Shown here in pieces: positions 1-11,608 of a stretch of 64,000 nt of DNA. Source of the stretch: Histomonas meleagridis 2922-C6/04-290x (Eukaryota; Protista; Parabasalia); the NCBI GenBank assembly GCA_020184695.1, contig JAANOX010000243.1, positions 186,001-250,000 on the forward strand, written 5' to 3'. A program made the translations under genes and the position numbers. The notes beneath the pieces are model-generated. The model saw nothing but the letters and a program-made list of their open reading frames with translations, did no database searches and was not told the origin of the DNA. Position 1 is the first letter of the stretch. Each line of letters starts with the position of its first letter.

Positions 1-679
1 CAAAATGAACTTTAACTGAAGCATGCCCAACATTTGGATGCATTGAACTTTTATGAATTAAATCTATAAGTTTTGGTTGACGAATTCGTTGGGCTCTAAA
101 GCCAAAAACAAAAAGTAAAGAATCTATTAAATTTGATTTTCCTGAACCATTAGGTCCGACAACACATGTGAACTGTGGATGAAATGGGCCAATTGTCTTC
201 TTTCCAAAGTATGTTTTGAAATTATTTAATTCTATTTTTGTTAAAATTAGCCTTTCTTCCTCTTCAATCATTTAAGGCCGTTTATTAATTATATAAACGG
301 AATTTTAATCACTTTTACAGATTGAATTGTTTATATATTTACTTATATAAGTATGAAATTAACATAACCAAAAAATTACTTGTTCAAATTATTTTTAGTT
401 TAAATGAAAATAATATAGACAAATTTTTAAAGCCTTCCTTTGCTTACTTTTTCAGAGAATTCCCATATTCATTCAATCACATTATTTGTTGGATTGTTTA
501 TTCGCATTTTGTTTTAAAAGGTTTTGATGAATAATGTTTCTTTAATACACAAGAATTAAATTAACTTCTCAGCAAAATGGTTGAATATAAATTAATTGAT
601 TCAAAGATATGTAAAAACAAAACAACGCCATTTTTTGGGCATTATAAATCAGAGATATAAAATATTATGAGTAATCCGA

Positions 680-1326
680 ATGATCCTTTTTATCCATAAT
701 TATCAAAAGCTTTCAAAGAATGATTGGGAACTTCATTTGAAATATATTAAAGAAGGAAATAATCCAGATGAAATATCAAAAATAATTCGAAATGATGAAA
801 TAGAAAAACTTCAAGATATATCAACACATACAAATTTTGATTTTAATCAAGAGATTATCCCATCACTTTATGAAAGATATTTATTTATTAATCAAGAAAA
901 TGATCCATTTATTGATTATGCAGCATTTTTTGTATCAATAAAATGTTTTAAAAATTTGCTTATGAATGTCTCTAATTTAATATGTGGAAACGAAGAAATT
1001 ATTCATGCTTTTACAAACCATGCGAAACTGCAATTTCATCGAAATAATATCTTTTATTATTTATTTAAAAACAAAATTGAAAAAAATATATCTATAGAGA
1101 ATTAGAAAAGAAATGTATTAAGTATTATAATTATGAAATGTTTTTATTAAAAGAAGGAATGACTGTTAATGAAGATATTATTAATGAAATTGCAAGAAGA
1201 AAATTCAAATTGTTTTGGACACCATTAATGTATGGACATACAGATGCAGCTGAAAGAGGAGAAGTTCTTCTTAAACAAAAAACAATTGATATAAATGCTA
1301 AAAATATATCTTTATTAGTTTTATGA
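680..1326 (+). pseudogene. Fragmented ankyrin-repeat protein (trichomonad DUF3447/ankyrin type)
   Basis: ORFs 680-1105 and 1138-1326 carry the ankyrin-associated motifs YAAFFVSIKCFKNLL, TPLMYG and IDINAKN, but are split by stops/frameshifts. Confidence 0.55.
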
Positions 1327-2217
1327 TTTAATTTCTAAATTTTAAATATAAAAAAATGTTGAAATTTATATAAAACATTTTAATCAGCGCTTAAAGTGCG
1401 CAATTATAAGGTCGTAATGAAATTGTTAAACATAAAGAATTGATTTAAAGTTAAGTTTATGAAATTATATTAATTTTTATAATTTTCTATTTAACGATAT
1501 TTGTACATATGTAATATATATTAAAGACAGCATTTCTACCTTCTAAACTATAGAAGATTTGGATTTTTTTTTAATTTAATAAAATGAATATTTAGATAAA
1601 ATTATACAATAATAGAAAAGAGAAGTTTGTTTTATTAAAATTGAACTTATATTTTCTTGTATAAAAATGTTGTTAGATATTCTTTGAAAACATAAAAGAA
1701 GATGATTGAAAAATGGCAAAATTGGCAACATTTTGGGTATTTTGTATAATGAATTCAAAAATTGTTTTTTTAACTTTCTTAACATTTTAAAAAAAAATAA
1801 TTTCACAGTTTTCCCGATCGAATGTTAAAAATAATTGTTCATTTTTGAATGAGTGTTTTTTCAACACTCTTATCAAAATTGAACCAATTAAAAGATGTTT
1901 ACGAATAATTGCTTTTGGAATTGAGTTAGATTTACATTCTCAAAAACATGGCAAGAAATCACAAGAAAGAATTAATGATTCTTATTAATAGCTTTACTAA
2001 ATATCTGCGTCATAATAAATTACTAAAATCCCTTTATAAAAATGTGATCTTTTTTGATTTATCTCCTTGATTCAAAAAATGTTATAATTTTCTTAGATTT
2101 GAGGGTTAACATTTTCAAACGTTATCTAACATTGTATGCAAACACTTTATTCAAAGTGATTTGCAAAAATAAAATAAGAGATTGATTCAAAAATTCATTC
2201 TAATTTTTGTTGATTTA

Positions 2218-2805
2218 ATGTTAACTCATCAAATTCACTTTCCTTCTATTACTGAATTGCCTCTTCCTCCATCAGTTGAAAATATGTTTCAAAATAGAAT
2301 TCCTTTATTTGTTGAGATAACAAAACAAAGGCAAAATAGTAAGATTACTACTCCTGGAAAAGGACAATGGACAATTGCAGAAGATAAAATTTTATTAGAA
2401 GCGATGGCATCATTCACAGGACATATTTGTTGGGAAGAACTTTCAAAAAGAATTCCTGGGAGATCGGCAAAACAATGTCGCGAAAGATGGCAATTCCGAT
2501 TACATCCAGATGTTAATAAATCACCATTTCAACCATGGGAAGATGCATTAATAATCAATGAAAGAGTTAACCTTGGAAATAGATGGACACAAATTGCAAC
2601 AAAGTTGCCAGGAAGAACATCATGTTCAGTAAAAAACAGATGGTATACTGTGCTTAGAAATAGAAAATCCGAAAGAGCTCCAAGAAGAACAAAAACAGTT
2701 CAAGTTCAAGCATCTCCTTTTTATCGAGAAGCATTAGTACTTCGTGACAGAAAGGAGTTATGGGAAAGAAACTCTTGTAAAAAACCACCAAAATCAGAAA
2801 CATAA
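2218..2805 (+). CDS. R2R3-Myb domain transcription factor
   Basis: Two Myb repeats: KGQWTIAEDKILL...WEELSKRIPGRSAKQCRERW and WEDALII...GNRWTQIATKLPGRTSCSVKNRW. First ATG at 2218, Inr-like TCATT about 20 nt upstream. Confidence 0.93.
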   Translation: MLTHQIHFPSITELPLPPSVENMFQNRIPLFVEITKQRQNSKITTPGKGQWTIAEDKILLEAMASFTGHICWEELSKRIPGRSAKQCRERWQFRLHPDVNKSPFQPWEDALIINERVNLGNRWTQIATKLPGRTSCSVKNRWYTVLRNRKSERAPRRTKTVQVQASPFYREALVLRDRKELWERNSCKKPPKSET

Positions 2806-3514
2806 ATTCCGAATGAAAAAAAATAAAAGTTCAAAATCTACAGCTTATCAACTGATTAATATTCATTCATTGTGTATAAATATATTCTTAAAAATAAGAA
2901 ATTAAATTCATTAATTAAAGGGATTGTGGAAATATATAATTTTTAACTAAATGTAAAAACTTTATAATGGAATTAAAAAGAAATATAATTTAATATAAAG
3001 AATGATTTCAATTTATGATATGAAATTGAAGTAAACGCAAAAATTGTGAATAATGAACATATAATGATTTAAATATTAAGAATTTTGATTAAATTAATGA
3101 AAAACTTCTTCTTACTTTGAAAATGAATTTCTATATGAATTTTTACATAGTGTACATTATGTAAATAACATCAAGACTTAAATATCTCCAAAAATTATTT
3201 CTGGTTCAAACATTAATCTTTTCCTTTTTATCAAATATTACTTTGGAAGAGTTTTTAATGATTAATAGCTAATACAAAAATGATAATCATTGAATGACAT
3301 ACAGAGCAATTAGATGTCTGATCAAACATGTTAAGAAATAATTCCTATAATTTATTATGAAAATCGAAATAAAATAGTTTCATGTCGTGTAGACATAAAT
3401 GTTTAAATTAAAAAATTTGAAGTTTTTGTGTTTTTTTATGAAGGTGATGTGAGATTACCCAAAAACTTTGAAAGCTTTAAAAAGTGTCAAACACGTTATT
3501 TCATTCTTCTTCAG

Positions 3515-4609
3515 ATGGGGCAACCTTTGAGTGTTGAATACGAATTAAATGCAACTGGAAACCCTCCCAAAGCATTAGTTTTGTTCGTTTTCGAAAATGA
3601 TTCACTCAAACCAATCTCCTTCCTTGATTTTCTTAATGCTCCAATTTCTTTTCAAAGTCACCCATTGGCAATGATTGAAAGGTTTGATGGACCTCAGCCG
3701 AACTACAATGAACCATATATCCAAAAACAATCATTATCTGATACTGTTCATTTCATTAACTCTAATTTCGAAATATGTCCATACCAATTCAAAACATATC
3801 GTTTATGGTTTATCACATCTCCAATGATTTCACAAGCAACAAGGTCAGATTTGGTTTCGATATCAAGAAGTTATCCATTTGATAATTATTATTGTAAAAC
3901 GGGAATTGATCCCACGTCATTATTTTATGATTGCGAAAACGTCAAATCGGTTCATTTAGCGTTACGTTCCTCAAATAATTTCAGATATTCTTTGCCTACA
4001 AATTCAAATCCAATAACAACAAATTTAAAATACAGAAGATCTTATCAAACTACGTCACTCAAGACCACATTTGCCACCAATTCGAGTCCATTACAAACAG
4101 AAATTGAACGCAAAGAAAAAGAAAATGATTATGACAAAATCACTGATAACTTATATATCGGTAATGAAAACGTTGCTAACAACTTAAAGCTTCTTAAATC
4201 CATTGAAATCACAGATATTGTTTCCCTTAATGAAAATGAATTTTCAAGTCGATTTGATTGTTTCACATATTTTCGGATTAAATTGGGCGATTTTGTCTTC
4301 GAAGAGTTCAATAAAGACTTTTGGAACGGAATAACATTCATTAAAGAGGCAATACAACGAGGCGGGAAAGTCCTCGTCCATTGTAGAAAAGGTCGGTCAC
4401 GTTCTGCTGCATTATGTATTGCATATTTAATGCGCGAACAAAAAATGTCTTTCGAAAGTGCGTTTAAATGTATAAAAGAAAAAAGGCCATCGATATCAGT
4501 GAATCAAGGATTTATTCAACAGTTGCAAGCAAAAGAAGCAACATTAACTAATAATAACATACAAAAGCACTTGTTAAGACCAAATTTAAAATTATTAATT
4601 TCTAAGTAA
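3515..4609 (+). CDS. Dual-specificity protein phosphatase, probably N-myristoylated
   Basis: C-terminal DSP signature VLVHCRKGRSRSAALCIAYLM. First ATG at 3515 gives MGQPLS (MGxxxS), with TCATT Inr at 3501. Confidence 0.9.
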   Translation: MGQPLSVEYELNATGNPPKALVLFVFENDSLKPISFLDFLNAPISFQSHPLAMIERFDGPQPNYNEPYIQKQSLSDTVHFINSNFEICPYQFKTYRLWFITSPMISQATRSDLVSISRSYPFDNYYCKTGIDPTSLFYDCENVKSVHLALRSSNNFRYSLPTNSNPITTNLKYRRSYQTTSLKTTFATNSSPLQTEIERKEKENDYDKITDNLYIGNENVANNLKLLKSIEITDIVSLNENEFSSRFDCFTYFRIKLGDFVFEEFNKDFWNGITFIKEAIQRGGKVLVHCRKGRSRSAALCIAYLMREQKMSFESAFKCIKEKRPSISVNQGFIQQLQAKEATLTNNNIQKHLLRPNLKLLISK

Positions 4610-4900
4610 AATATATATAATTTGTTTTAAAAATTTCTTTCTTTAAAAATAAAATATTTAATAATTATGTTGATTTTAGATTTAGCCGGATGATAACATC
4701 GAAACTTAAAATCGTGATTATCACCAGAAATATGGGATTCATAATTAATAACTATTCATCATCAGATAAAGATTCATAAGAAAAAATATGTATTCATATG
4801 GGAGATCACTATATGACATAAATGTGATTCATGAGGAATTCTGAACATCATTTTTTAGCAAAAAAAATTTGACATGTGATGCGAAATATAGACAGGTTGA

Positions 4901-4925
4901 GCGGTTGTGACTTAATTCCGTCACT
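4901..4925 (+). promoter_or_regulatory. M3-like (GCGGTT) and Inr (TCACT) core promoter of eIF4E gene
   Basis: GCGGTT at 4901-4906 and TCACT at 4921-4925, upstream of ATG 4949. Both match known Trichomonas core promoter motifs. Confidence 0.55.
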
Positions 4926-4948
4926 TTTCGACTAAGGGACCACCCAAA

Positions 4949-5506
4949 ATGTCTGATAGCGTAATTTTCCAGCTACCTTCAGATTGGAGATTTTGGTTCG
5001 TAATGAACACAAAACCAACTAGAAACAGTGGGGCTTTGTATCAGATTGAAGAAATTGTTGCAGTCAGCTCGGCCGAGAATTTTTTCCGTTATTTCTACAG
5101 TCTTCCTAAAGTAAGCGAAATAAAATGCACAGAAACAAAGAGAATAAGCATAGCATTATTCCGTGGAAAAATTAAACCAGCATGGGAAGATCCAGAAAAT
5201 CAAAACGGATGCGAATTTATTTTCAGAATAGCACCACAAAAAGTAGATGAAATTTGGGAAAAGATACTCGTCTATTTAATTGGAGGGTCTTTTAAAGACA
5301 AAATTGAATTGAATGGAGTGATCATTACAAGGAAAACCATCAAAAGTAACGATGGAAGGGTCACCATAGATTTCTTTGAGGTACAATTTTGGTCTAAAAA
5401 CAAAGCATCAACAAAAGATAATAATACTTTCATTGATTTTATTTGTAGCCAAGAATTTGATGGCATCCCTGAGTACCATGGGATCAAAAATCATACATCG
5501 GGGTGA
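4949..5506 (+). CDS. eIF4E: eIF4E family cap-binding protein
   Basis: WRFWF, ENFFRYF, LFRGKIKPAWEDPENQNG, DEIWEKILVYLIGG and VQFW match the eIF4E fold pattern. Confidence 0.85.
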   Translation: MSDSVIFQLPSDWRFWFVMNTKPTRNSGALYQIEEIVAVSSAENFFRYFYSLPKVSEIKCTETKRISIALFRGKIKPAWEDPENQNGCEFIFRIAPQKVDEIWEKILVYLIGGSFKDKIELNGVIITRKTIKSNDGRVTIDFFEVQFWSKNKASTKDNNTFIDFICSQEFDGIPEYHGIKNHTSG

Positions 5507-5709
5507 GTTTAGAAATTAATAAAAAGGAAAAACATTTTTGATTTCAAATTTCTAAATTAAACGTAATTAAAGAGAAGTCTACAAGAACTTACAAAAGCAT
5601 TGTTTCATTGTTTTATAATTAGTTCCTGTTGGGAATACATTGCTATGTTTTTCGAATTCATTTTGTGTAAAATCTTTAGAAATTCTTTTTTTGCAAGACC
5701 ACAACAGTT

Positions 5710-6033
5710 TCATTCTACAACAATGCAGTCTTTATCTCCTAAATTTTTGTTTGTTTTTTGATGAAATTCCTTAAATAAACTTTTTGTAGATTCTTTTTTA
5801 TTCTCTTCATATACTAATTCAATTGCATCGTCATCTTTAATATTTAAAGATCGTATTATGTTATCATCAGATAAAAATTTTCCGTTTAATGTCCACTTCA
5901 AATCATCATTTTTTTCTTTCTTAAATATTTCATAAAATTCTTCTTTTAAAGTTTTAATAGTGTCATCTTTATATATTTGTATATATGCATTTTTCCCTGT
6001 GTTTTTAATCTTGATTCTGATTTCTTGGATCAT
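5710..6033 (-). CDS. Ubiquitin-like domain protein
   Basis: IQIYKDDTIKTLKEEF...LKWTLNGKFLSDDNIIRSLNIKDDDAIELVY is a ubiquitin beta-grasp pattern. Confidence 0.6.
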   Translation of the reverse strand: MIQEIRIKIKNTGKNAYIQIYKDDTIKTLKEEFYEIFKKEKNDDLKWTLNGKFLSDDNIIRSLNIKDDDAIELVYEENKKESTKSLFKEFHQKTNKNLGDKDCIVVE

Positions 6034-6112
6034 TTCATTTCACGTGACATATCACAATTTAAAAGAATTATGAAAAAATGACAAAACCGGTTAAATTCAA
6101 AGAAAATTACAT

Positions 6113-8185
6113 ATGAGCAAAAAAGAGAACGAAATATTGTATGATCTCCAACTCCATATTCAACGCAAAAACATGAATATGCAAAGATCAAGTGATGAAG
6201 CAAAAAGAATTCAAGTTTCATATGAAACTCAAATTCATCAATTTTTACTTTCCTTATATCATGCAGCTTGCTCTATTTGGCAATTTTCTTTTAAACAGCC
6301 ATCAGCAGTATTAAAAAACGAGATAACTTTGAAAAAAGATATTCCTATTCTAAACAAAACAGATGAAATGCTAGAATACATGGACAAATTCAAGAGTGTT
6401 GGGAATAAGCTGAAAACTACTCATCATGAAAATGATAATCACATTTCGTACGAACTATTTTTGCTTACGTTATCTAACTTTCAATTTTTATGGTCTGCTG
6501 AGCACATCAATACATTTCTCAAATTTCTTCAAACAACAGATTTAGCGAAAAGACAGATGTATTATTTCTGCTTCACAATTCATCCATTAACAATTATCTA
6601 TTCTAAAAATTGCCTTAAAAATGTATACTACCATTTCCATAGCATGAATGTTGAAGAGCTACTGGAAGATTTAAAGCTTAGTATGAGAAAATATGCACCA
6701 TTATTCCCTAGTTTTCTTAAAGAGATTCTCAATACCGAAAATGAAAAAAATGGCCAGATATTTTTTGAAAGAATTCTCCATCCTTTTGTTACGGCACCAT
6801 TTATTTTTGGCCTTACTAATCCAGATTTTATTCTTTTCTATGCTGAAAAATCAAATGCTTTTGTTGACCGTTTAAAAACGTTTTTTTCAAGTGAAGATGG
6901 TGACCGTTTAATTACAGAAATTATTTCTTGTCAAGACTCAGTATCAACTCTTCCAAGTGAGAATTTGTTGTTTTATGTATACCCAGAATTCAAGCGTATG
7001 ACTGTTTTTAATCTGAAGTCTTTCGAAGCAACTGAAGGAGTGATTCAAAAACCAATTATCTCAACTTCATTGTTTCAACTTATTCTCGACAACAACGAAA
7101 CACAAAAGGAAACTGTATCTGTAACAAAGAAACAAGATACATTAAATTCTTTAGTTCGAGAATTTCTTCTTCATTCATATCTTGTTAAACTCGATCGAAC
7201 TTATGATAATGTTTCTAATTATTTCCAGGACATTGCTTCGTTTTCTTCATTTGAAGTTAATCCAGAACTTGAAGAATGTTATTACGATCTTTTAGATGAA
7301 CTTTCAAGTTCTCCAACCACAATTTCTGAAATTTCTAAAAACATTGAACATGAGATGGCGAATGAAACCAATCCTGGTGAACAAACACTTAATACTCTTT
7401 CTGAATATAGTCAACAATCACAATACATCAAAGGACTTCAAGAAATTGCAGCTAAAATCCGAAAATGCGCTAGCAATACCTATGATTTCTACTACATGTA
7501 CCGTGTATACTTTGAGCTTCTTAGTGAGATCAGGGAACATCGCCCATCAACAGATGAAATCATTCAAAATCCGCAAACGTTCGTCAACTTTTTCTGTGAA
7601 TGCTCTGAAAAATTCAGCGAAATTGAGAAGAAGAAAATCTCGAGTCGAAAGATCAAGAATTTATTTTATGTTCTCATGTATGACACTAAAGCATGGGAGA
7701 CCTTTATTTCGCAACCCTCTCTTGTTGAGTATGACAAAGAAATCCAACGTTTTGTTTCTGAAGAATCCGAATCACTTTTATGTTATCATCAACTAGATTT
7801 TCTCGATATCTACAAAGAAGACAAATCAAAGCTCGAAATGTTCAACAGTGAGTTCAAACTTGCTTTTGAATGTGCTCAACCATTTGAACGTATTTCACAT
7901 ATCCATTCAGCCTATGAAATTTTGGGCGGACTTCTGCGCCTTCAGGACATAGGTGAGATAGGCGCTGACCAAATTGTACCTTTTGCACTGCTTGCGACAG
8001 TTTATGCAAATCCATTAGGTCTCGCATCGACCGGAAATTTCATTGCGGAATTCATCTCGCCACTGCTCTCTGGCAACTCGCCAGTTGACCATGCGGAGGA
8101 ATACAGCCTGGTACAGTTTTTGTCGACATTTAGGTTCTTAGAAGAGAAATATAATGAAAAGAAGAAAGCAAATGAGAATAAATGA
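6113..8185 (+). CDS. 690-aa protein with C-terminal VPS9-like (Rab5 GEF) motif
   Basis: Long intact ORF. IGADQIVPFALLATVYANP...EEYSLVQFLST resembles the VPS9 core (GADxxxP...ANP...E.xY). Confidence 0.55.
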   Translation: MSKKENEILYDLQLHIQRKNMNMQRSSDEAKRIQVSYETQIHQFLLSLYHAACSIWQFSFKQPSAVLKNEITLKKDIPILNKTDEMLEYMDKFKSVGNKLKTTHHENDNHISYELFLLTLSNFQFLWSAEHINTFLKFLQTTDLAKRQMYYFCFTIHPLTIIYSKNCLKNVYYHFHSMNVEELLEDLKLSMRKYAPLFPSFLKEILNTENEKNGQIFFERILHPFVTAPFIFGLTNPDFILFYAEKSNAFVDRLKTFFSSEDGDRLITEIISCQDSVSTLPSENLLFYVYPEFKRMTVFNLKSFEATEGVIQKPIISTSLFQLILDNNETQKETVSVTKKQDTLNSLVREFLLHSYLVKLDRTYDNVSNYFQDIASFSSFEVNPELEECYYDLLDELSSSPTTISEISKNIEHEMANETNPGEQTLNTLSEYSQQSQYIKGLQEIAAKIRKCASNTYDFYYMYRVYFELLSEIREHRPSTDEIIQNPQTFVNFFCECSEKFSEIEKKKISSRKIKNLFYVLMYDTKAWETFISQPSLVEYDKEIQRFVSEESESLLCYHQLDFLDIYKEDKSKLEMFNSEFKLAFECAQPFERISHIHSAYEILGGLLRLQDIGEIGADQIVPFALLATVYANPLGLASTGNFIAEFISPLLSGNSPVDHAEEYSLVQFLSTFRFLEEKYNEKKKANENK

Positions 8186-8344
8186 TGAAGGCAAAAATAA
8201 TATTTGTGAATAAAACAGCAGAGTTTAAAAGGTTTTAATTTAATAATTTGTTAATGATAACGAATGTGATCACATTACATAATTTTTGTTTAAATATTTA
8301 ATTTAAATTATGTTACAATTTTTTTTATTTGAATTACCAAACAA

Positions 8345-9340
8345 AATTATTCATTGTATTACATTTTATTCATTTATTCGAATTCTTCAACACGTGGTAC
8401 TGATGAATGTCCACTACTTGCTGATGGTCATTTCTTCCTTGAGTGTTAGCGCCTGGCATTCCGACTTGTGCGCCGACTGCTGCATAATGATAAGTTGCTT
8501 GTGTAATGGCTGAGCTTCGAATGTAGCAACATCTACGTATTGTTTGATTGGATCCATGCGAGTGTGTCATTGATTTCCTTGTTGTTTGTATCTTTATCTG
8601 ATTGTGTTAATGAGTTAACGAACTGTTCTTGACTTAATGAGTTACATACGCCGAAGCAGTATCTTTAGAGTGCATTTTCTGCTTCGACTTTCTTACTTAT
8701 TTCTTCATTTTGTGCCTTGTACTTCTCTGCTTCTGCAACCATTTCTATCTGTGTCTGCTTGTGAGTAACATCCTTTCTCATTCTTAGTCTCTTTCACGTG
8801 TCTTGTTGCCTTTTAAATCAAATATGTCAAGGAGGTTGTTGTTACATGTTTGTACACGTTCTCTTTCAGAAACTTTGATTGTAACTGAGCTCCTATTAAC
8901 ATTATATAGGTGACGTCTGACTTAGACATGTTCGCATCTCTTAAAACTAGTGTAACTGGAGTAATTGTCGATCTGAATAATTCATCATTTAAGTTCTGGA
9001 ACATAGTACGTGAATTGTTATCAATAAAATCGTAGCCTTCAAATAATGATCACAATTGATGCAGATATGACCACCGGTGGATAATGTTCATAATGACGTA
9101 ATGCACTTTGGGATCGTTTTAAGTCACATTTGAACTTATTTTGAAAACGATCTGTAGAATAATTATCCATACTATTATCAAAGTCTTCACTGCCAAGATG
9201 TATATCACCTTTTGAAATGCATAAATCGAAACTTCTTTTCTTCTAATACCATTTCATTAAAGAATCTTATGTATTTAAGTGGTTGCACCGAGTGACATAC
9301 TCTCATTTGTTGTAATTACTCGATCTAAAACAGTCCAATT
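8345..9340 (-). pseudogene. Decayed, internally deleted cytosolic Hsp70
   Basis: Minus-strand fragments GDIHLGSEDFDN, FQNLNDELFRSTITPVTLVLRDANMSKSDV, EMVAEAEKYKAQ and a GMPGA tail. Multiple stops; most of the substrate-binding beta domain is missing. Confidence 0.8.
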
Positions 9341-9655
9341 ATCCGAACTTTGTTATCGAAAAGCTATAGCTTCCCTGGAATTAGCCAAATGATATATTGA
9401 TCATTTTTTACATGACAAAAGAGCTTTTGAAATGACACAAGGTCCACCTTAACTATAGACTAAAACAGCTACCAAATATTACAAATCGATTTTATTTAGA
9501 TTTTGTTAATGATGAAAATTTTCCATTTAGATTATAGTATTTAATGATTATCATTCATTCATTTGAATATCGCATTTTTTCTTTTACATATTTAGGGAAG
9601 AAGAACTGATTTCGATATCAACATTATTCATAAAATGATAATTATCTGTTCTTTT

Positions 9656-10375
9656 TTATTGTTCTGCTTGTTCGTCACTCCACAATGATACGTTGTCCTT
9701 AAGGAGCTGAAGTATAAGTGTTGCTTCAGAGTATTCATCCTCGTCAAGAATGTCAAGGATATCAACAGCTTCCTTAAATGTAGTATCTGCATAGTCAATT
9801 GCCTCTTGTTTCTTACCGAGAATTTCGTAGAGGAAAACTGAGTAATTGAGAGCTAATCCGAGGAATGTTGGATCAGATTTCTTCAATTCTTCTTTAGCTA
9901 TATCAAGAGCCTTCTCATAACACTCTTTAGCTTTTTGCGCCTTTTCTTTTCGATCTGCCTCGCTCTTAAATTCGACGGAGTATCGATAATAATCTGCTTT
10001 TAATTTTTCATAAAAGACCTTTGCTGTGGCATTTGTAGCAGCACCAATGAGCTTGCTATCTGTTAAACTTATAACGTCATCGCAATATTGATCAAGTTCT
10101 TTTTCAAGAGATTCTTTAAGTGCTGTAAGTTTTTCAACACGTTCTGGAATTGTTTTCACCATTTCATCATCAAGAAATGCATTGACAGTACGGAGGGTAG
10201 AACGGCATGAACCAGTAAGGGCTTTGTAGGCAACTGATAAAAGATTTCGTTCATCAGCGTTCAAATTTGGATCAATATCAATAATTTTATTGATATACTT
10301 TAAAACATCTTTATAGCGCTCAGCTTGATCCGCAACACGAGCCATGTAAAACAACAATTCTCTTTCGCTAGACAT
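9656..10375 (-). CDS. 14-3-3: 14-3-3 protein
   Basis: ERNLLSVAYK, KLKADYYRY, LGLALNYSVFLYEIL and ATLILQLLKDNVSLW. Inr TCACT on the minus strand at 10385-10389. Confidence 0.97.
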   Translation of the reverse strand: MSSERELLFYMARVADQAERYKDVLKYINKIIDIDPNLNADERNLLSVAYKALTGSCRSTLRTVNAFLDDEMVKTIPERVEKLTALKESLEKELDQYCDDVISLTDSKLIGAATNATAKVFYEKLKADYYRYSVEFKSEADRKEKAQKAKECYEKALDIAKEELKKSDPTFLGLALNYSVFLYEILGKKQEAIDYADTTFKEAVDILDILDEDEYSEATLILQLLKDNVSLWSDEQAEQ

Positions 10376-10500
10376 GAAATAAAAAGTGACGTAGCCAACA
10401 CCGATAGCCCGCTATCAACCGCCAATTCAATTCAAATCTGTTTAACGTACTCCAGTTTATTTTCACAAGGTCTGTTAAAAAATACTTTGTTAGTTTACAG
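10376..10500. promoter_or_regulatory. 125-bp divergent promoter between 14-3-3 and the WD40 gene
   Basis: Head-to-head ATGs. Minus-strand TCACT (10385-10389) and GGCGGTT (10417-10423). Confidence 0.5.
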
Positions 10501-11469
10501 ATGGCTGGAAATGTGAAAATCATGGAAAATTTACCTGGAGACACAGTTTCTGATCTTTCTTTTTGCGAAAGATCACCGCACTTATTGGCTGCCACAAGCT
10601 GGGACAATTCAATTCGTGTTTGGGAAGTTCAACCAAATGGAACTCAGTCAAAAAATGTTTTAGTTATCCAAGAACAATCAAAGGATGCAACCTTACGTTG
10701 TAGCTTTAGCCGTTCTTCTGATTTATATTATGGAATGGCACATGGGGATATTAAAATGGTTAAAGCAGGAGAAACCACTGGTACTCTTATTGGACACCAC
10801 GTAGGAGTTGTAACAGGTCTTAGGTTCAATGATAACAAAAATATTGTAGTTTCAGGTTCAACAGATTATAAATTATGTTTTTGGGATCCAAAATCACCTA
10901 ATAAAGCAACGAACACCATCGACCTCCCAGAGAAATGCGTTTCTTTGGATACTAAAGGTGATTTTATTGCAGTTGCAATGCTTGATCAAGTTGGTTGGAT
11001 TGATGTTAAGAATCCAACGTTACAAAAGAAGAAATCAAAACTTACCACAGCTTTAACATCAATTGGTGTTGCAGGAAATGGATATTTAGCAGGAACAGTT
11101 GATGGATGTGTTGAACATCATAATGGTACAACATATAATGTTCTTAATTGTCACAGAAAAGAGCAAGCCAAAGAGGTTTACCCATCGAATTGCATTGCTA
11201 TCTCGCATGAGAAGAAAGGCGGGCTCTCTGCAGGCGGTGATGGGTGTCTTCAGTTTTTCAACCTCCAAACGAGCGCTGTCAAAACCGTCGAACAGTCTAT
11301 CGTACCAGGTCAAATGAAGCCGATCACAGCTGCTGCTTTTGCTTATTCAAATAGTGTTTATGCTGTAGCTATTGGATATGACTGGTCAAAGGGCGCAGAT
11401 GAATATCAAAAAGGTGCAGTAGCTCCTGAGATTATTTTAAAGAAATGTACATCCCAACAAATCCCATAA
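10501..11469 (+). CDS. WD40 protein of the Rae1/Gle2/Bub3 family
   Basis: DTVSDLSF...LAATSWDNSIRVWEV, SGSTDYKLCFWDP, YPSNCIA, SAGGDG and AIGYDWSKG. YDWSKG is characteristic of Rae1/Bub3. Confidence 0.85.
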   Translation: MAGNVKIMENLPGDTVSDLSFCERSPHLLAATSWDNSIRVWEVQPNGTQSKNVLVIQEQSKDATLRCSFSRSSDLYYGMAHGDIKMVKAGETTGTLIGHHVGVVTGLRFNDNKNIVVSGSTDYKLCFWDPKSPNKATNTIDLPEKCVSLDTKGDFIAVAMLDQVGWIDVKNPTLQKKKSKLTTALTSIGVAGNGYLAGTVDGCVEHHNGTTYNVLNCHRKEQAKEVYPSNCIAISHEKKGGLSAGGDGCLQFFNLQTSAVKTVEQSIVPGQMKPITAAAFAYSNSVYAVAIGYDWSKGADEYQKGAVAPEIILKKCTSQQIP

Positions 11470-11608
11470 TAAAAATATATAAGTAAATGATATTAATTAA
11501 TAAATGATGAAAGCCATTTTTAATTCCAAACAGAAGTTAAAATGTTAAAGAAGTAAATAAAAAAATGATGAAAGTTATATAAAGTTGAAAATATTATAGA
11601 AAAAATAT

